A stretch of 64,000 nt of DNA, taken from NCBI RefSeq assembly GCF_030144855.1, contig NC_082715.1, positions 131,440,001-131,504,000 of the forward strand, given 5' to 3'. The DNA comes from Hypanus sabinus. Its lineage: Eukaryota. Below are positions 63,509 to 64,000 of the stretch, one piece after another. Position 1 is the stretch's first letter. Every line of letters starts with the position of its first letter. The notes beneath the pieces are model-generated. The model worked only from the letters and a program-made list of their open reading frames with translations, was not told the DNA's origin and made no database searches. The position numbers were made by a program, and so were the translations under genes.

Positions 63509-64000
63509 AAGTACTGGGCAAAATTCTCAGGCACATACATATATATGTATAGCTAGGGTGATATGACTTTTGCACTGTACTGCTGCCACAAAACACCCCA
63601 CAAATTTCATGATATAAGGGAGTGATAATAAACCTGATTCTGACAGAGGTCTTTATTGTGGATTGAGAATCTGAAAGGGGCAGGGAGAGGGGTATCATGG
63701 TTGGAGAAACAGAAAGGGAGAAGAGAGAGCGCGGGGAGCACCAGGAAGACATTCTGTAATGGTCAATAGTGCAATTGTTTGGAATCAAATGTGAATCAAA
63801 TGTGTCATTTGGTGTCTCAGGGCTGGGTGTGTTTGCACCAGCATCACCACCCCACCTCCACTGCCACTGGCACTCCTTCTCTGCCACCTGTCCCATACCC
63901 CTCCCTCCCGCGGCACTCCACCCTTGCCATTCCCACATTTCTTAGCTCACTCCAGATTTACAAACTTGCTCTCGACTCCAGGTTGGCAAATACAATACTG
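63509..64000. mobile_element. Tc1-type-TIR-bounded composite repeat (copy B, cut by the window end)
   Basis: Mini-MITE agtactgggcaaaattctcaggcac-(TA)n-ctagggtg..gacttttgcactgtactg, then an interior collinear with 45757-46222; ends in caatactg. Confidence 0.6.

Noticed and set aside
63378-63938. 186-aa minus-strand ORF
   Set aside because: Spans the composite repeat; low-complexity chance ORF.
23700-64000. Exons of a neighbouring gene such as SEC63 or NR2E1
   Set aside because: No recognisable coding exons or second host-gene CpG-island promoter found. Small exons could have been missed by eye.
1-64000. Prokaryotic-type systems (CRISPR arrays, operons, rRNA/tRNA genes)
   Set aside because: The sequence is a spliced vertebrate locus. 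No regularly spaced repeat-spacer array, rRNA or intact tRNA gene was seen; tRNA-like similarity is limited to decayed SINE heads.

Overview
Eukaryotic vertebrate DNA. The repeat landscape (CR1, Rex1/Babar, V-SINE, Penelope-like, L1) suggests a cartilaginous fish, probably a ray; this is inference from repeat style. One complete host gene is present: OSTM1 (+ strand, 6 coding exons, join(8377..8760,15888..16002,17436..17533,19662..19787,20978..21143,22285..22328), 310 aa, all GT-AG introns). It has a CpG-island promoter carrying a CLEAR/E-box, a CRE palindrome, ETS and GC boxes. The rest is mostly decayed, nested transposable elements. Most short ORFs in the supplied track are spurious or are TE fragments. 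Notable items: (1) a decayed class III (ERV-L-like) retroviral pol at 1-3200; (2) three TSD-flanked solo LTRs of one family within 8.3 kb; (3) a full-length, TSD-flanked L1 with an open ORF1 whose ORF2 is collapsed to a 41-codon in-frame N/C-terminal fusion (HAL1-like); (4) a Penelope-type minimal hammerhead ribozyme motif on the sense strand of OSTM1 intron 1; (5) a repeated Tc1-MITE-bounded composite element; (6) several repeat-free AT-rich blocks that could be conserved non-coding elements. Repeat boundaries are approximate unless a TSD is quoted. Family calls come from manual motif recognition, not database searches.
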